NCBI RefSeq assembly: GCF_001194135.2
Contig: NC_069004.1
Coordinates: 9,145,559 to 9,181,554 of the forward strand
Direction: 5' to 3'
DNA length: 35,996 nucleotides
DNA from: Octopus bimaculoides
Taxonomy: Eukaryota
Under the pieces are notes generated by a model. That model was not told where the DNA came from, did not search any database, and saw nothing but the letters and a program-made list of their open reading frames with translations. The position numbers were made by a program, and so were the translations under genes. Shown here piece after piece: positions 22,892 to 35,636 of the stretch (its first letter is position 1; each line of letters starts with the position of its first letter).

Positions 22892-23125
22892 GTATATATC
22901 TATGTGTGTGTGTCTTTGTGTCTGTGTTTGTACCCCCATTACCACTTGACAACCGGTGTTGGCGTGTTTACATTTCCATAACTCAGTAGTTCAGCAATAG
23001 AGACTGATAGAATAAGAACTAGGCCTAAAAAATATGTCCTGGGGTAGACTTGTTTGACTCAAAACCTCTCAAGGAGGTGCTCCAGCATGGCTGCAGTGAA
23101 ATGACTGAAACAAATAAAAGAATAT
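22631..23125 (+). repeat. Full-length tRNA-derived SINE with expanded central (TA)n
   Basis: Head, microsatellite and tail collinear with 18755-19143. A further minus-strand tail fragment lies at ~22075-22330. Confidence 0.75.
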
Positions 23126-23399
23126 ACCGTATTTTAACATGTATAAGGAACCCTCGTGTATAAGGAATCCCCTCATTTGGAGATTTAAGGTTTGAGGAAT
23201 TAAGTAATTTATTGATATCTGTAATACTATCCATGTATAAGAAACACCTACATTTTTTTAACCTAATTTTTGACAAAAAGGGTTTCCTTATACATGTTAA
23301 TATATGGTATATATATATATATGTGTGTGCACAATGGGCTTCTTTCAGTTTCTGCCTACTAAATGATTTCATTTGGCTTGATGGGTCTTCTTCTCAAGC

Positions 23400-23660
23400 A
23401 CAGCATATGGCCAAAGGTCTCAGTCATTTGTCATTGCTTCCATGACAGTTTCAATGCTCAAAAAGTGATTTTTACATGCCACCGGGTGTGAGGCCCAATG
23501 TTTGAAGATCATGCTTCACTACTTCATCCCATGTCTTCCTGGGCCTCTCTCTTCGACAGCTTCCCTCCATTGTTAGAGATCAGCACTTCTTCATACAGCT
23601 ATCCACATCCATATGCATCACATGATCATACCAATGCAGTCATCTCTCTCGCACACCACA
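23400..23660 (-). mobile_element. RTE-type LINE 3'-end fragment
   Basis: Minus translation LHWYDHVMHMDVDSCMKKC*SLTMEGSCRRERPRKTWDEVVKHDLQTLGLT. Confidence 0.7.
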
Positions 23661-23737
23661 TATACATAGATATAATTGCCATGATAGATCACTGACCACT
23701 AGACATTTTTTTTCTCTCCTTGTTTCTTTCTGTGTTC

Positions 23738-23773
23738 CTTTCTGTGGAAGAGCATAGGCTCGAAACGTTAAAG
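23738..23773 (+). ncRNA. Minimal type-I hammerhead-ribozyme-like motif (variant core)
   Basis: CTTT-CTGTGGAA-GAGC(ATAG)GCTC-GAAAC-GTT-AAAG. Stem I is CTTT/AAAG, stem II is GAGC/GCTC, and GAAACGT gives a loopless stem III. The core has T at the normally invariant A6. Confidence 0.4.
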
Positions 23774-25914
23774 ACTTTTTCAATTCCCGAGCGTTATACT
23801 AATACATCTGTTTGTTTTCTACACCACCTGTCTTCATCTTTGGGGTTTTTTTGTGAATTCTCCCTATATATATATATATATATACTGTTATGGTGAGTAT
23901 CTTGACACCCCATGTGAGACGAACTGAACTCATATAAGTAGCTGTATGTTTGACTGAGAGAGAGAGAGAGAGAGATGAGAAATTGCAGAAAGTCGAATGA
24001 TGTCATTTGTGAGTTCGTGAAGTCACAGGAAATTGTTGAGAAGTTGTTATAGTTTGTTGAGAGTTGTTTTGAATTGGTTACAGTTGGCAGAGTATTTGGG
24101 AATACATCAAGTGGAGACAGTTGGTGTCTGTCCTGTTCCGTTGTACTGTATATCACACTGTTATAGTGTAGGATACAAAAGTGACATACAGTAGTCACAT
24201 TACAAGAGTGTTGACATGGATATCCACTTACAAAAGTGGCGACTAGTGATTTGATTCTTACATTGGTCATTAACAGTTTTTTTATGATACAAAAAAATTC
24301 ATAAGAATAACATAAGAAAATTGTCAAAAATAATTGCAATTAATTTCAATTATTCCCAAAATTTACTTCTAAATTCTAAAAACTGTTATCATACCAAAGA
24401 ATTTTGTGCAAAAAATCATGTAAAAAAAAATCGCCATAAACAATCGCAGTAATGAAAACTTGGAAATCCAAAATTTCAGTATTGCGGGTCCAGAGTCGAC
24501 CCGGAATGTTTTTAATTTACTCATGGAGTTGGCCTGATTCCAAAATGGTATGACATGTTGGGCTACAGCCTCTAGGAGTAAAGTTAAAAAATTGTGACAC
24601 ACAGACACACTGACATTCGCATTTATTATATTAGATAACATGATGTATATGCAGAAGAAAAATGAATATAGATTTATAACACAATGTGTATTCATATAAA
24701 ATTGAACATGTATCTGTGATAACATTTTTTTCTTTTTAATACATTTTATCATGTTTGCATAGACATGACAGAATATTTGTAGCAGAAATTCTTTTCATGG
24801 TTGAATGGTGCTGCTGTAACCACTCAACTGTAAAGTTTTATTTATTTATATATCTTATATTTGTGTGAGTGTGTGTTAATTTAAGCAAATTAGAATTAGT
24901 AGAGTTAGGTCTAGTACTATGTTCCTTCAAACTTCAAATATCTCAACCCATTTGGGTAAACCCCATTTTTTGAGAATGTGTGTTTGTAATTGGCATAATG
25001 ACCCTCCTCAGATACAATAAAATTTGTTTCAAGACACAAGTTCACATCAAGAATCTTGCAAACCAAATACAAAAACAAAATGATAATAAAAAAATGCCAG
25101 TGCTATCTGACTGGCACTCATGCTGGTGGCACATAAAAAACACCATTCAAGCATTGGACCTCACGGAAGCAGTGACAAGTGACCGAGACCTTTGACAATA
25201 TACCATACTTGTGAAGACCTGTCAAGAAAAGTGAGATCATAGCTGTGGCCGATACCAGTGTCACGTTAGTGACACACCAGTGGCACATAAAAAGCACCCA
25301 CTACACTTTTGGAGTGGTTGGCATTAGGAAGGGCATCCAGCTGTAGAAACCATGTTACATCAGATTGGAACCTGGTGCAGCTCCCCAGCTTATCAGTTTT
25401 CAGTCAAACCATCCAACCCATGCCAGCATGGAAAGCAGATGTTAAATGATGATGATGAGATTTGATATTTTTTCCTTGGGGAAACATTGGCCAGTCTCTT
25501 TTCCTTTTTTTTGTTTTTTGCAATAATTGTTGTTTGTAGTAGCATCACTTCTTAGCATAACATTTTTACATTATATCAAATATCCTAAAAGTAAATGATT
25601 TTTTTTTTTATCTTCACAAACATTTCAAAATTATATTTTGGACCATAAATTGGTATCTCTGATCTAGACACTGTCAATGATACCACTAGATTTGAACTAA
25701 TGCTCATGAAATGGTGAGTTATACATTTTAATCCTTTTGATACCAACATGCCTAAGACTGACCTTAGTTCTATGATACGATCTTCCTGTTTTAAAGTGAG
25801 TTAAATTAAAAACTTCCATCAAACTTTCATGTTAATTAATGTTCCAAACACTGACTTACTAATATGAAAAAGTTGTTTAAATTTCTTCATTGTTTTCGAA
25901 ATTACTTGAAACAA

Positions 25915-26115
25915 AGTTATGTGTTGTGTATGGATGAAGACAGCTACATCAAGAAGTACCAATCTCTAATTGTGGAGGGATTGTGTGGAAGGGGTAGTCC
26001 CAAGAAGATGTGGGACATAGTAGTGAGAAAGGATCTTCAACTGTTGGGCCTCACAGAGAGGATGATAAAGCACCAAGACTTCTGGTGGTTTGCTGTGCTT
26101 GAGAAGACACGTTAA
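25915..26115 (+). mobile_element. RTE-type LINE 3'-end fragment
   Basis: MDEDSYIKKYQSLIVEGLCGRGSPKKMWDIVVRKDLQLLGLT; same family as 23400-23660. Confidence 0.7.
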
Positions 26116-26269
26116 GCTAAGTAAAATTGTGGCTGTCTTGCATACAGGCATGTCCCCTATATCCGTCTTTGACTGAGTGATCCTAATCTTGGGGGCTTGT
26201 GAATGCTGGTGCCACATGAAAAAAGTACCCATGCCCATGTCACGTAAAGTGCATCTATGCCAATGCATG

Positions 26270-26511
26270 GATGTGCATCTTGTTGGCACTCCGTCGCTTA
26301 CGACGTCGAGGGTTCCAGTTGATCCTGCTCGTGAAATTAACGTGCAAGTGGCTGAGCACTCCAAAGACACGTGTACCCTTAACGTAGTTCTCGGGGATAT
26401 TCAGCGTGACACAGTGTGACAAGGCTGACCCTTTGAATTACAGGCACAACAGAAACAACAGGAAGTAAGAGTGAGAGAAAGTTGTGGTGGAATAGTACAG
26501 CAGGGTTCGCC
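26270..26511 (+). repeat. SINE-like interspersed repeat
   Basis: GTGCAAGTGGCTGAGCACTCC...GACACG has a degenerate minus-strand relative at ~34350-34520. Confidence 0.55.
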
Positions 26512-26707
26512 NNNNNNNNNNNNNNNNNNNNNNNNNNNNNNNNNNNNNNNNNNNNNNNNNNNNNNNNNNNNNNNNNNNNNNNNNNNNNNNNNNNNNNNNN
26601 NNNNNNNNNNNNNNNNNNNNNNNNNNNNNNNNNNNNNNNNNNNNNNNNNNNNNNNNNNNNNNNNNNNNNNNNNNNNNNNNNNNNNNNNNNNNNNNNNNAT
26701 ATATACA

Positions 26708-27557
26708 CAGGGTGCGGTGAATAAACTGTCATCTAAATGACGCAAAAATGAAAATAACACTGATATCCCATTTTAACAAATATATTTACCAAAATTACAT
26801 AAAATATCTTGAAATGCTAAAGAATTAATTTGTTCAATAAAATCGCCATTGGTTTCAACCATGGCCTCCAGAGAACTTCGGAATCTCCTGCAACTCTTCT
26901 GGATGGTCTCCTTGTTTAAGTTGATGAATGCTGTCATAATACTTGCCTTCAGTTCATCTTTGGTGTTGCAAGAAGTTTTGTTGGTCTGTTGCTCAACTGC
27001 GCCCCACACATAAAATCAAGGGAGTTGCAGTCTGGAGAGTTAGGTGGTCAGATGTTAGGTGTGATGTGGTCGCAGAAATTGTCTGACAGCCATCTCTGGG
27101 TTCTCCTGCTTGTGTAGCATAGTAGAATCCTGTTGCCAGACATAGGGTCTTCCAGTAGCCACCCTCTTGACCCAGGGTAGCACTACCTCCTCTTGGTACT
27201 TGATGTAGGCCTCTGTGTTGATTCTGAGGCCATGTGGGAAGATGAATGAATCACTAGTGATCTCTCCATACACCATGATGTTGACTGGATGTTTGATTTT
27301 TATTACTCTCGGTACATGTCCTCAGATTGACACCCAAACACCGAAATGTTTGTATTGGAGCTTCCAGCACAAATGCCAAGCAGTACAGCATGCCATTTCC
27401 AAATTTCTGGCAGAGTGGATTGCATCATGGTGCTGTTATTTTTTGACAGACGGTGCTTAACTGAACCTACAATAATGTGCTGTTGACAAAATCAAAAACA
27501 ATGTGCATGCACGAAATTAAAAATATAAAATGGCAACAGTCTACCCATCGCACCCTG
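26708..27557 (-). mobile_element. Second maT copy, opposite orientation
   Basis: TIRs CAGGGTGCGGTGAATAAAC / CTACCCATCGCACCCTG-TA. Translations LRINTEAYIKYQEEVVLPWVKRVATGRPYVWQQDS and WGAVEQQTNKTSCNTKDELKASIMTAF. Confidence 0.8.
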
Positions 27558-27686
27558 TATGTGTGTATGACATAGAAATCCATAACAATCTGACTAAGGA
27601 GGCTTCTAACATTGAAGGTGGGCTCTATAGAGTTGAAACTTTGAAGGAAATTTGGCTGATATTTCTAGCAGGGTGAGAAACTACAC

Positions 27687-28884
27687 ATGATGATGATGAT
27701 GATGGTGGTAGTGGTGGTGGTGATTGTGGTGGTGGTTGTTACAGCGGTCGTGGTGGTGGTGAGAGTAGTAGTGATGATGATAGTGGCCACAGCGGCGGTA
27801 GTGGTGGTATCAATGATAAGTCATAACGATGATAACAAGGTTATTCTTGGAAACGACTTTCATTTTGTTTTCTGAGAAATTTACTTTCACGACCAGTAGT
27901 AGCTGCAACAGATGGTGGTAGTTGTAGTGGTCAAGGTTATGGTAATGCGGTGGTTGTGGTGATGTAATTCTGGAAGTGGTGGAGGAACAGTGACCCCACA
28001 GTGGCTGCAGTGGTAATTGCAATAGTGGTTGTGGTAGTAGTGGTGGTGGTGGTGGTGAAGGTGGTAGAAGTAATGGCGATGGTTGTTGAGGTAGTAGTAG
28101 TGGTGATGGTGGACGTGGTAGTGATGGTTGTTGTTTTTGCTGTGGTGGTGGTTGTAGTAGTAGTAGTGGTGGTAGTAGTAGTAGTGGTGGTGGTGGTAGT
28201 AATAGTAGTAGTAGTGGTGGTGGTGGTAGAAGTAGTTGTGGTGGTAGTAGTAGTGGTGGTGGTGGTAGTAGTGGTGGTGGTGGTAGTAGTGGTCGATATG
28301 ATGGAGACGGGTCAGTAATACGAACAGTAATTAATGTGTGTATGACATAGCCGTGCTAGAGCAAATGGCGGCGGCGCCGGCGGTGGTGGAAACGATGATG
28401 AAGTCGTTACGTTAGTGTTTACAATAATCACAGTGGCGTAGTGGTGTTGGTGGTGGTGATGATGATAATGATGTTTTGCCTTTGTCGTGGTTGTTATTGT
28501 TGTTGTTGTTGGTGGTGGTGAAGTCGTGTCGGTGTTCATAATGGTGCCTGGTGAGGTCGCTGCAAAAGCGGCGACGCTGGTGATGCTTTTACATTGTGGT
28601 TGCTGTTGCATGTGGTAGTGATGGTGGCGGTGTTAATGTTGTTACTGGTGCTGGCGATTGTTGATGTTGTTATTTTGGTGGTGGTGGTGGTGGTGGTGGT
28701 GGAAGCGAAGGTGGTGGAGGCTGTTGTGGTAGTGGTGACTGTGGTGATGGAAACTGTGGTGGTGAAGGCGGTGGTGATAGTGGTTGTGGAGGGGGAGAGT
28801 ATTGAGTATTTCCAAGAAAACCATAAATCGGAAAAGTCCCAGAAATATCACCACCACCACTACCACCATCATCATCATCATCAT
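27687..28884. repeat. Low-complexity (GTG/GTA/ATG)n trinucleotide-rich tract
   Basis: Produces the poly-V, poly-P, poly-H and poly-T ORFs. I found no continuous open frame across the tract. Confidence 0.85.
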
Positions 28885-29373
28885 AGAGGAAGGTTGGCTC
28901 TTCATGGCGAAAGATCTGACTCACATCATCCGGTCTTTCCAAAGTTGTGTGAGTGCGTGCGCTCGAGTGTGTACGTGCGCGTATGTTTAAGTATGTTTGT
29001 GTATGTGTGCATTCGTTCATTCGTTTCTGTGTCCTTTTTTTCTTCTTTTCTTTTCCATACTACCACGAATATCATTGAAGCATAGTCCAACGGGTACCCA
29101 TCCTGTCGCTAACCCTTACCTGTTTTTCAAGTAAGGGATCACCTATTTCACATGTATTCCAAGACGCAAAGCAAGCAGAACGATTCTTATTTTTTTTATC
29201 GTAATTTTTTTTACTTGAGCAAACTATCAAAAGTTGAAGTTTGTGTCATGAGTATGGAAGATTATTAGTTCATGAAAGCCAGCCTGAAACCAGTTTGTTT
29301 GTCATCGGAAGAAAATAGTAATTTTTTTGCTTCGTTATTGTCAATATAGGAATGCTTCATCGCACTATATAGC

Positions 29374-29427
<54 letters not shown>

Positions 29428-30149
29428 GTTATGCTGTTCTTCTTCAAGATACGACGGTGTTGATAATAGGTATTTTGCTGTAATTTCTAGCAGGCTGAGC
29501 GACCGCACTGAGCATTAAGTGATGGCGATTTTTTTCTTTCTTTTAATCCGACGTTATTTTAATATCGAAATTTAATTTCTTCAATAATCTTGCTATTAGA
29601 TTGTCACTTACAGGTATGCAGAAAAGTTCCTTAAATTCTTTACCCAATAATCCAGCACTTTTCGTTGAGTTTTACTAATTTTTTCCATGATGTTCTCTCT
29701 AGCCATCGATGTCATACTTCACATTCAAATTGAAACGTGATCAAGTGCTTGAGTGTTATTTATTCGCCTTTATCTACTTGCTTATTTTGATTTTAATCAT
29801 TGAAATTGTATGGATAATACCGTACTAAATTCTGGTGCCTCAACTTAAGTACCATATTCATCTGAATCTAATTTTTTGCTATATATATAAAAAGACATTT
29901 AAAACAATTCATGGCTGATTCGGGGACAAGTGAAGTTGATGTGTGACAATTATTATTATTATATTTTCTTCAGAATTACATTAAATGATATTTAAGTGGT
30001 TTAAATGCAAAATATAATTAGCGGAGGAGCTGCATCAGAAAATTTCCCTGTTTTCTCTCCCCCACCCTTTGGTAGGCAGCATCCTTTCCTTTCCAATATA
30101 GACTAGTTCCAGTAGGGAAATGGATGAAGCTCTGTTACAGTGGAGAAAG

Positions 30150-30925
30150 CTGCGTTTGTCAGTTCTTGATACAGATGAGGATAGACGGAAAGAGAGTATG
30201 GGGCAATCTGCGCTCAGATGCTACTTTCAACTCTCTCTTTGACCAGTCTAATCAATTTTCAAGGTGTCACCTACATTCCGCAAGTGCGAAATTCTCGGGG
30301 GACTGGATTGATGCCTTGCCTGTGGCCAACATTGGCGGTCTATTTAGTATGCATGAGCTCCACATCTCCATTGCACTCAGAGTGAGAGCCGACGTCTGTG
30401 GGGGACTGACATATCGCTGTGGTAGGCCCCTCGACTCCACGGGCCTTCACATATTGTCTGGTCACCTACATGCTGGTCGTTTCGCTCATCAGACCGAGCT
30501 AAACTTAAATCAGTAAGCGGGCCCTGACTCGCATGAATACCCCTCAGTTCTAGAGCCGGTAGGATTATTCAGAAGAGATGGGAAGAGACCAGATGGTCTT
30601 ACCCTTTGTCTCTGGGTAAGAGGTAGGTGCCTCATCTGGAACGCCACAATCTGTGACTCCTTTACTCCCTCCCACATCCTGGATGCCGCGGTAAACGTGA
30701 GGGTCACTGCTTTCGTAGCCGAACGGAACATCCGTCAGTGAACCATATCTGCCAGCCTGTGACGTTTGGAGGGGCTGGGCCGCTAACAGTGAATTTCGTT
30801 GTCGTCTGCTTCACAGATGGCAGGTGATGCTCGTAAGAGTGCTTGGCTGTACAAACGCCTCAGCCTCGCCATCGCCCGCGGTAATGCCACGAGCGTGCTG
30901 GCTTGCTTCAGTAAGTTTCGTTGAA
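30150..30925 (+). mobile_element. CRE-clade non-LTR retrotransposon 3' fragment (restriction-like endonuclease)
   Basis: SGDWIDALP..., [50 protein letters not shown] (RPD motif) and AWLYKRLSLAIARGNA. Frameshifted. Confidence 0.8.
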
Positions 30926-31777
30926 CCTTGAGGTAGGTGTTCGACCAATTGATGCACTTAGTGTTAAATTGATTTTTCTCTTCTTTTTTTTTTCTTTCTC
31001 ATGTTTGTGTTCTTCGGTTTCGGATTTGGATTTTAATGTGGTTTTGTAACATATATGTACCATATAATACGTGATATGTATGTAATTATTAAATTCAAAT
31101 TTTAATTTTAAAAACCAAACTAACCAAAAAAAAAAAAAAAGGACTATACATGTATTTTAATTTTAGATAATCTTTAAAGGGATATGATGCTGCAAAGACA
31201 TTTTTTGACATTCTTTTCAGAAGGGAAGTTGATCAGGCCGCTTACTTCCCTAGCTATCATTACTTCATGGCGAAGGAAAGAACGCGAAACTAAATGGTTG
31301 TTAAATATAGAACTGTTTATTTTCAGGTCCCAAGAATGTGTGTGTCATGTATTTTAGTTTTAGGTTGATGCTTAGAGATGACCTTTAAAGAGACATAATA
31401 TTGCAAAGACTTTTTTTCTCGTCATTCTATTGGGAAGTTGATTGGGCCACTTACATCCCTAACTATAATGGAGGCAGAAAATAGCAAGAAATTGGGCGGT
31501 TGAGTGAAATACAAATGTTTATTTTTCTAAGACCCAGCGACGTCTTAAGGCATGGGTACACTGGACAGTTGCCCAAGGGCCTCACGCATCAGGGGTCCCA
31601 GTTCTGATTTATGTATACTATAACTTGCTGCAATAAATAATATTACAGGGCCCATTGCATTGACATGCAGAGAAACAGATAAATCTGATAAAACGGTGCT
31701 ATTGAGAAAGCAAGCGGCACGATCAACTTCCGAAAGAATGTCACGAATGTCTGTGCAATATCAATGTCCCTTTCAAG

Positions 31778-32153
31778 TAAAGGTTCTCAACCATTCTGTG
31801 GACCCCGTTGATTCCTATTGTGCTCTACTGCACCTCCATAACTATTTGAAGTTTCAAAAATTCCATTATATTTTTATAGTTAAACTTGATAATAAATTGT
31901 ATAAGAAAATTGTTGAAATAGTTTGCGTAATTATGGCACTTTGTAAAATATATTCCTTTTCACTGAATTATAGCAAATTGTAACACACAGAATTTATTTT
32001 GATAAGACTACACACAATAAATATTTACATTGGTAAATGCACATAGCATAATTTAACGATCCCATCTTACACCTCTAAAGCTTACAGATTTTGAACAATT
32101 AAATTTTATATGGAACCTCAAGAGTCATGTTGGACCCCGCTTGAGGACCACTG
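31778..32153. mobile_element. hAT-like MITE
   Basis: Ends GGTTCTCAACC ... TTGAGGACCACTG resemble CAGTGGTTCTCAA-type TIRs. No TSD verified. Confidence 0.5.
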
Positions 32154-32484
32154 TTTTAAAGGTTATGGTCTATAGTAGTCTTCTTAAAAACCTTCAGTGT
32201 TTGACTGCTGACGTATGTGCTCAAGTTTTGTCAACAGCATACTTTGAGGCATTCCTATTTAATTGATTTCATTAAGTAAACCAGTCTCCATAAAACTGGG
32301 GCCATGAGTCCATATCTACGAGTCGATATTTACATATATATATATATACCACATTTCGATCAGCTTGATCAACGGAGATCAAAACAGACTGAAATGTGGC
32401 GTAGATTATATTGATTATCGATTTATAGACAAAAGGTCACAAATTATGTTCGGGGTGGCAGAAACGGTTATCGACCATCCACAG

Positions 32485-32675
32485 CTGTGGTTCTCAACCG
32501 GAGTTCATACGGCCTTTGGAGATCCATATAAGATTTGTTAAAATTTATACTTCTACAATTCACAGAATATTTTAATAATTTTTTTAATACAATTTCTAAC
32601 ATTCGATTATAGAAATATATCAGTTTTTGAACAACGTCTGGCTAGGAGGGTTCACCCGATGGTTGAGAAACACTA
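32485..32675. mobile_element. hAT-like MITE
   Basis: CTGTGGTTCTCAACC ... GGTTGAGAAACACTA inverted ends. No TSD recognised. Confidence 0.5.
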
Positions 32676-35636
32676 ATCTGCCGAATTTGATAACAGAAGC
32701 GGGGGACACGTAACTAAAAACTACATAAATGTAGGTTTAGGTTTCTAATACAGGACAATGGCAGCAAAAGGCAACACGTTTTGATGGCAAAGATACAATC
32801 GATTAAGTCTACTCGACTATGGCGAAAGTAAAGAATACACACACCCAGTGGTTAGGGTTTTTGTTACGCCAAAAACGGGTGGTGTACGAATTCTGCCCTC
32901 GACAATTAATTTATTGATCATCGGAAGTATCAAAAACAAAGGTGTTTCAGATGAGAACATGATCTGTCATTCGCTTTCCCCAACCTTGATCCAAACAGTA
33001 CGGCATTTTTGTTTTATCTTTTTCCATTTCAATGACGGAGTTTAAACAATCCGTTAAATTCAAATTTTATTTAACAAAGAATCTATTTTGTATATTTTGG
33101 GAGTCACAGCAACGGAGAGGGAATCTTTTGTAAGAATCTTAAATTTGTTTAGAAAATTTTATTTATGGTTATATCTAGAAGAAAATAAGTTCCTTAATCT
33201 GTAGACAACAAAGAAAGCATTGGTAAATTTAAGAAAATATCAAGTGTTTGGTCACATATAAAGAAATACGAAAATTATGCGTTAAATGATGAGAATCAAA
33301 TAGCGAAAGTAATTAGCATCTCTTAAAAAATATTAAGAGGACAGGAGATAGATGAATGTTCAAATAAATAAATATATATATATGCGTGTGTAAATAAGGG
33401 CTTACCACAATTTGATGGGCCAAAATTCCCATTTCTTGGTATATGTAGACCTTTCTATACGGAAGGACAAAAGTCGAACTACAAGACAGTTATTCTAGTC
33501 GAAATTGTCATGTCATCGAACACGTCACAAACGGTTTGTCTTCTTCGAAAATATGATTCAAGTTGGTGATGGTATTTGCTTTGTCTGTCTTTCTTCAGTA
33601 AATAGTTGATATTATTTTTCTTTTCTTTTTCCTTGTCTTTCGTATGTTTTAACAATCTATCTCTCTCGCCTGTCCATTTACACAAACGCGCGCGCAGGCA
33701 GACAGACAGTCAGATAGATAGATTAATTGGCTTGAAACATCAAAGTTACTGCTAATAGTATTCGTTCTTTTCTTTATTATAGGCATAAAGCCTAAAATAC
33801 AGAAGGGACACCTCAAGGACAGACAGCACAAACGTGGGGTACATACAATTAACGAATGAATTATGAGTTATGAATATAATGATAATGCAATGGCTTTCCT
33901 ACCCACCACCCAAAGTAGGGAGTTTGGTTTTACTATTTTTACAATCAATAATTGTATCCAGTTTGTATCGTGTTCATATCAAAAAAAGCTATTAACTCTT
34001 CGAATGTGTTAAAGAATAAATTTGTACTCAACCAATTTGTATTGAGTAATCCTTCAGTTTAATGCAAAACTGTTTTTATTGTAACATAAAAACAAGCGTC
34101 AAAACATAATTACACACACATATATGCATACATAAATATACACATACATAACAGCATAAAATATAATAGATTTATATGACTGTATATGGTAGAATAGCTT
34201 AGATGTTTGCTGCGCAACCACATGTCATTTGAGCAAATACTATTTTCTGTAGCCTCGGGTTGATCTATACCTTGTTAGTGAAATGGAGTAGATGGAAACA
34301 GTTTAGAAGCTCGTCGGATTAATTGTACCCGTAATTCAATAGGTACAGCTTTATCACACTGTGTATCTCGCGCTGTGTCATTCTGATTCTGTTTGAGAAT
34401 AAATTAAAATATCGTGTCGTCTGTGGGATACTCAGCCGCTTGCACGCTGAGTCAGGAGCAGATAATTTAGTTGATCAAACAACTGAATTCTCATCGTTGA
34501 AGGACGGAGATCCAGAACCTTGATATATTTTCTACCCTTTTATTAACCATTTGAAAAAAAAATGGGTTAACATGCAGTTTAAGGATTTAGAAATGAAAGT
34601 ATACTGATTGGGAGTGACGATAGTAACATACTACAATTTTATAGAAATAATTGAATACCTTCTAGTGATATCTTAAGTATTTCAGAAATGGCAGTGGAGA
34701 TACCCCGTTCTAACATATACCCAGCAACGAAGAACATCACTGAAAAGCAATACGATGGTTTCGTGTCGACACATAATAGCCACCACAGCTACATGTGAGC
34801 AATATAATAATTCTTCACAACTGGTGGACTATAAGGAAAGAATCAACGAGAAGTGGTGACGTTGTTCCTACCGATTCACGTTCTATGCATTGATTATGTG
34901 AAATGGATTGTTTTACATGAAATTAACAGATTTCACTGTCATCGCTTCCGGTCAATTTAGGTTTATTTTGTTTTAAAATCCCCTGAACTGCATATTAACC
35001 AAATTTTGTACCCTTCCCCCCCCCCCAGTTCTGTAAAATTTTCCCAGCATAAGCGTAAGCTGGAGGCCGGATGATGTGCCACCCGGAGCAGCTCCTGGAT
35101 TTGCTGGGCCCCTACAGCCAGTACAGACTTATATAGCGTACCCAGTAAAAACGTCACCCAAGGTGGATTACCCTCTACACGCCACTTCTTATCTTCCGAT
35201 CGAACTATTTCCTTGACTTTCATTATTTAGAACGTAAATCAATAATCTTAATTTAATGTACATTCATATATTTGTTTAACCTCATTCGCTATTGTTATAA
35301 TACATAACATGGTTAGATAGTCTTATTTCGTATTTATTATTAACACACCTACAAACGTCTTTTGCTTCTTCTTCAATTATTAACAGTTTTTCCGTCGTCT
35401 GATTTTTCCTCTAACGTTTTCGTACTGTAGTGTTTGGGCTGTGACGAGCTATGTGTTGTGGTGGAGAGGGGTGAGGCAANNNNNNNNNNNNNNNNNNNNN
35501 NNNNNNNNNNNNNNNNNNNNNNNNNNNNNNNNNNNNNNNNNNNNNNNNNNNNNNNNNNNNNNNNNNNNNNNNNNNNNNNCTGTGGCTGCAGTATGCTGTC
35601 TGAGTGACTCAGAGTTGAGGAGACTGCATTACCATG

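Noticed and set aside
27687-28884. Perfect 38-bp inverted repeat (27687-27724 vs 28847-28884) and Pro/His/Gln-rich ORFs suggesting a transcription-factor exon
   Set aside because: Both arms are simple (ATG)n(GTG)n repeats, and every minus frame I read is broken by stops.
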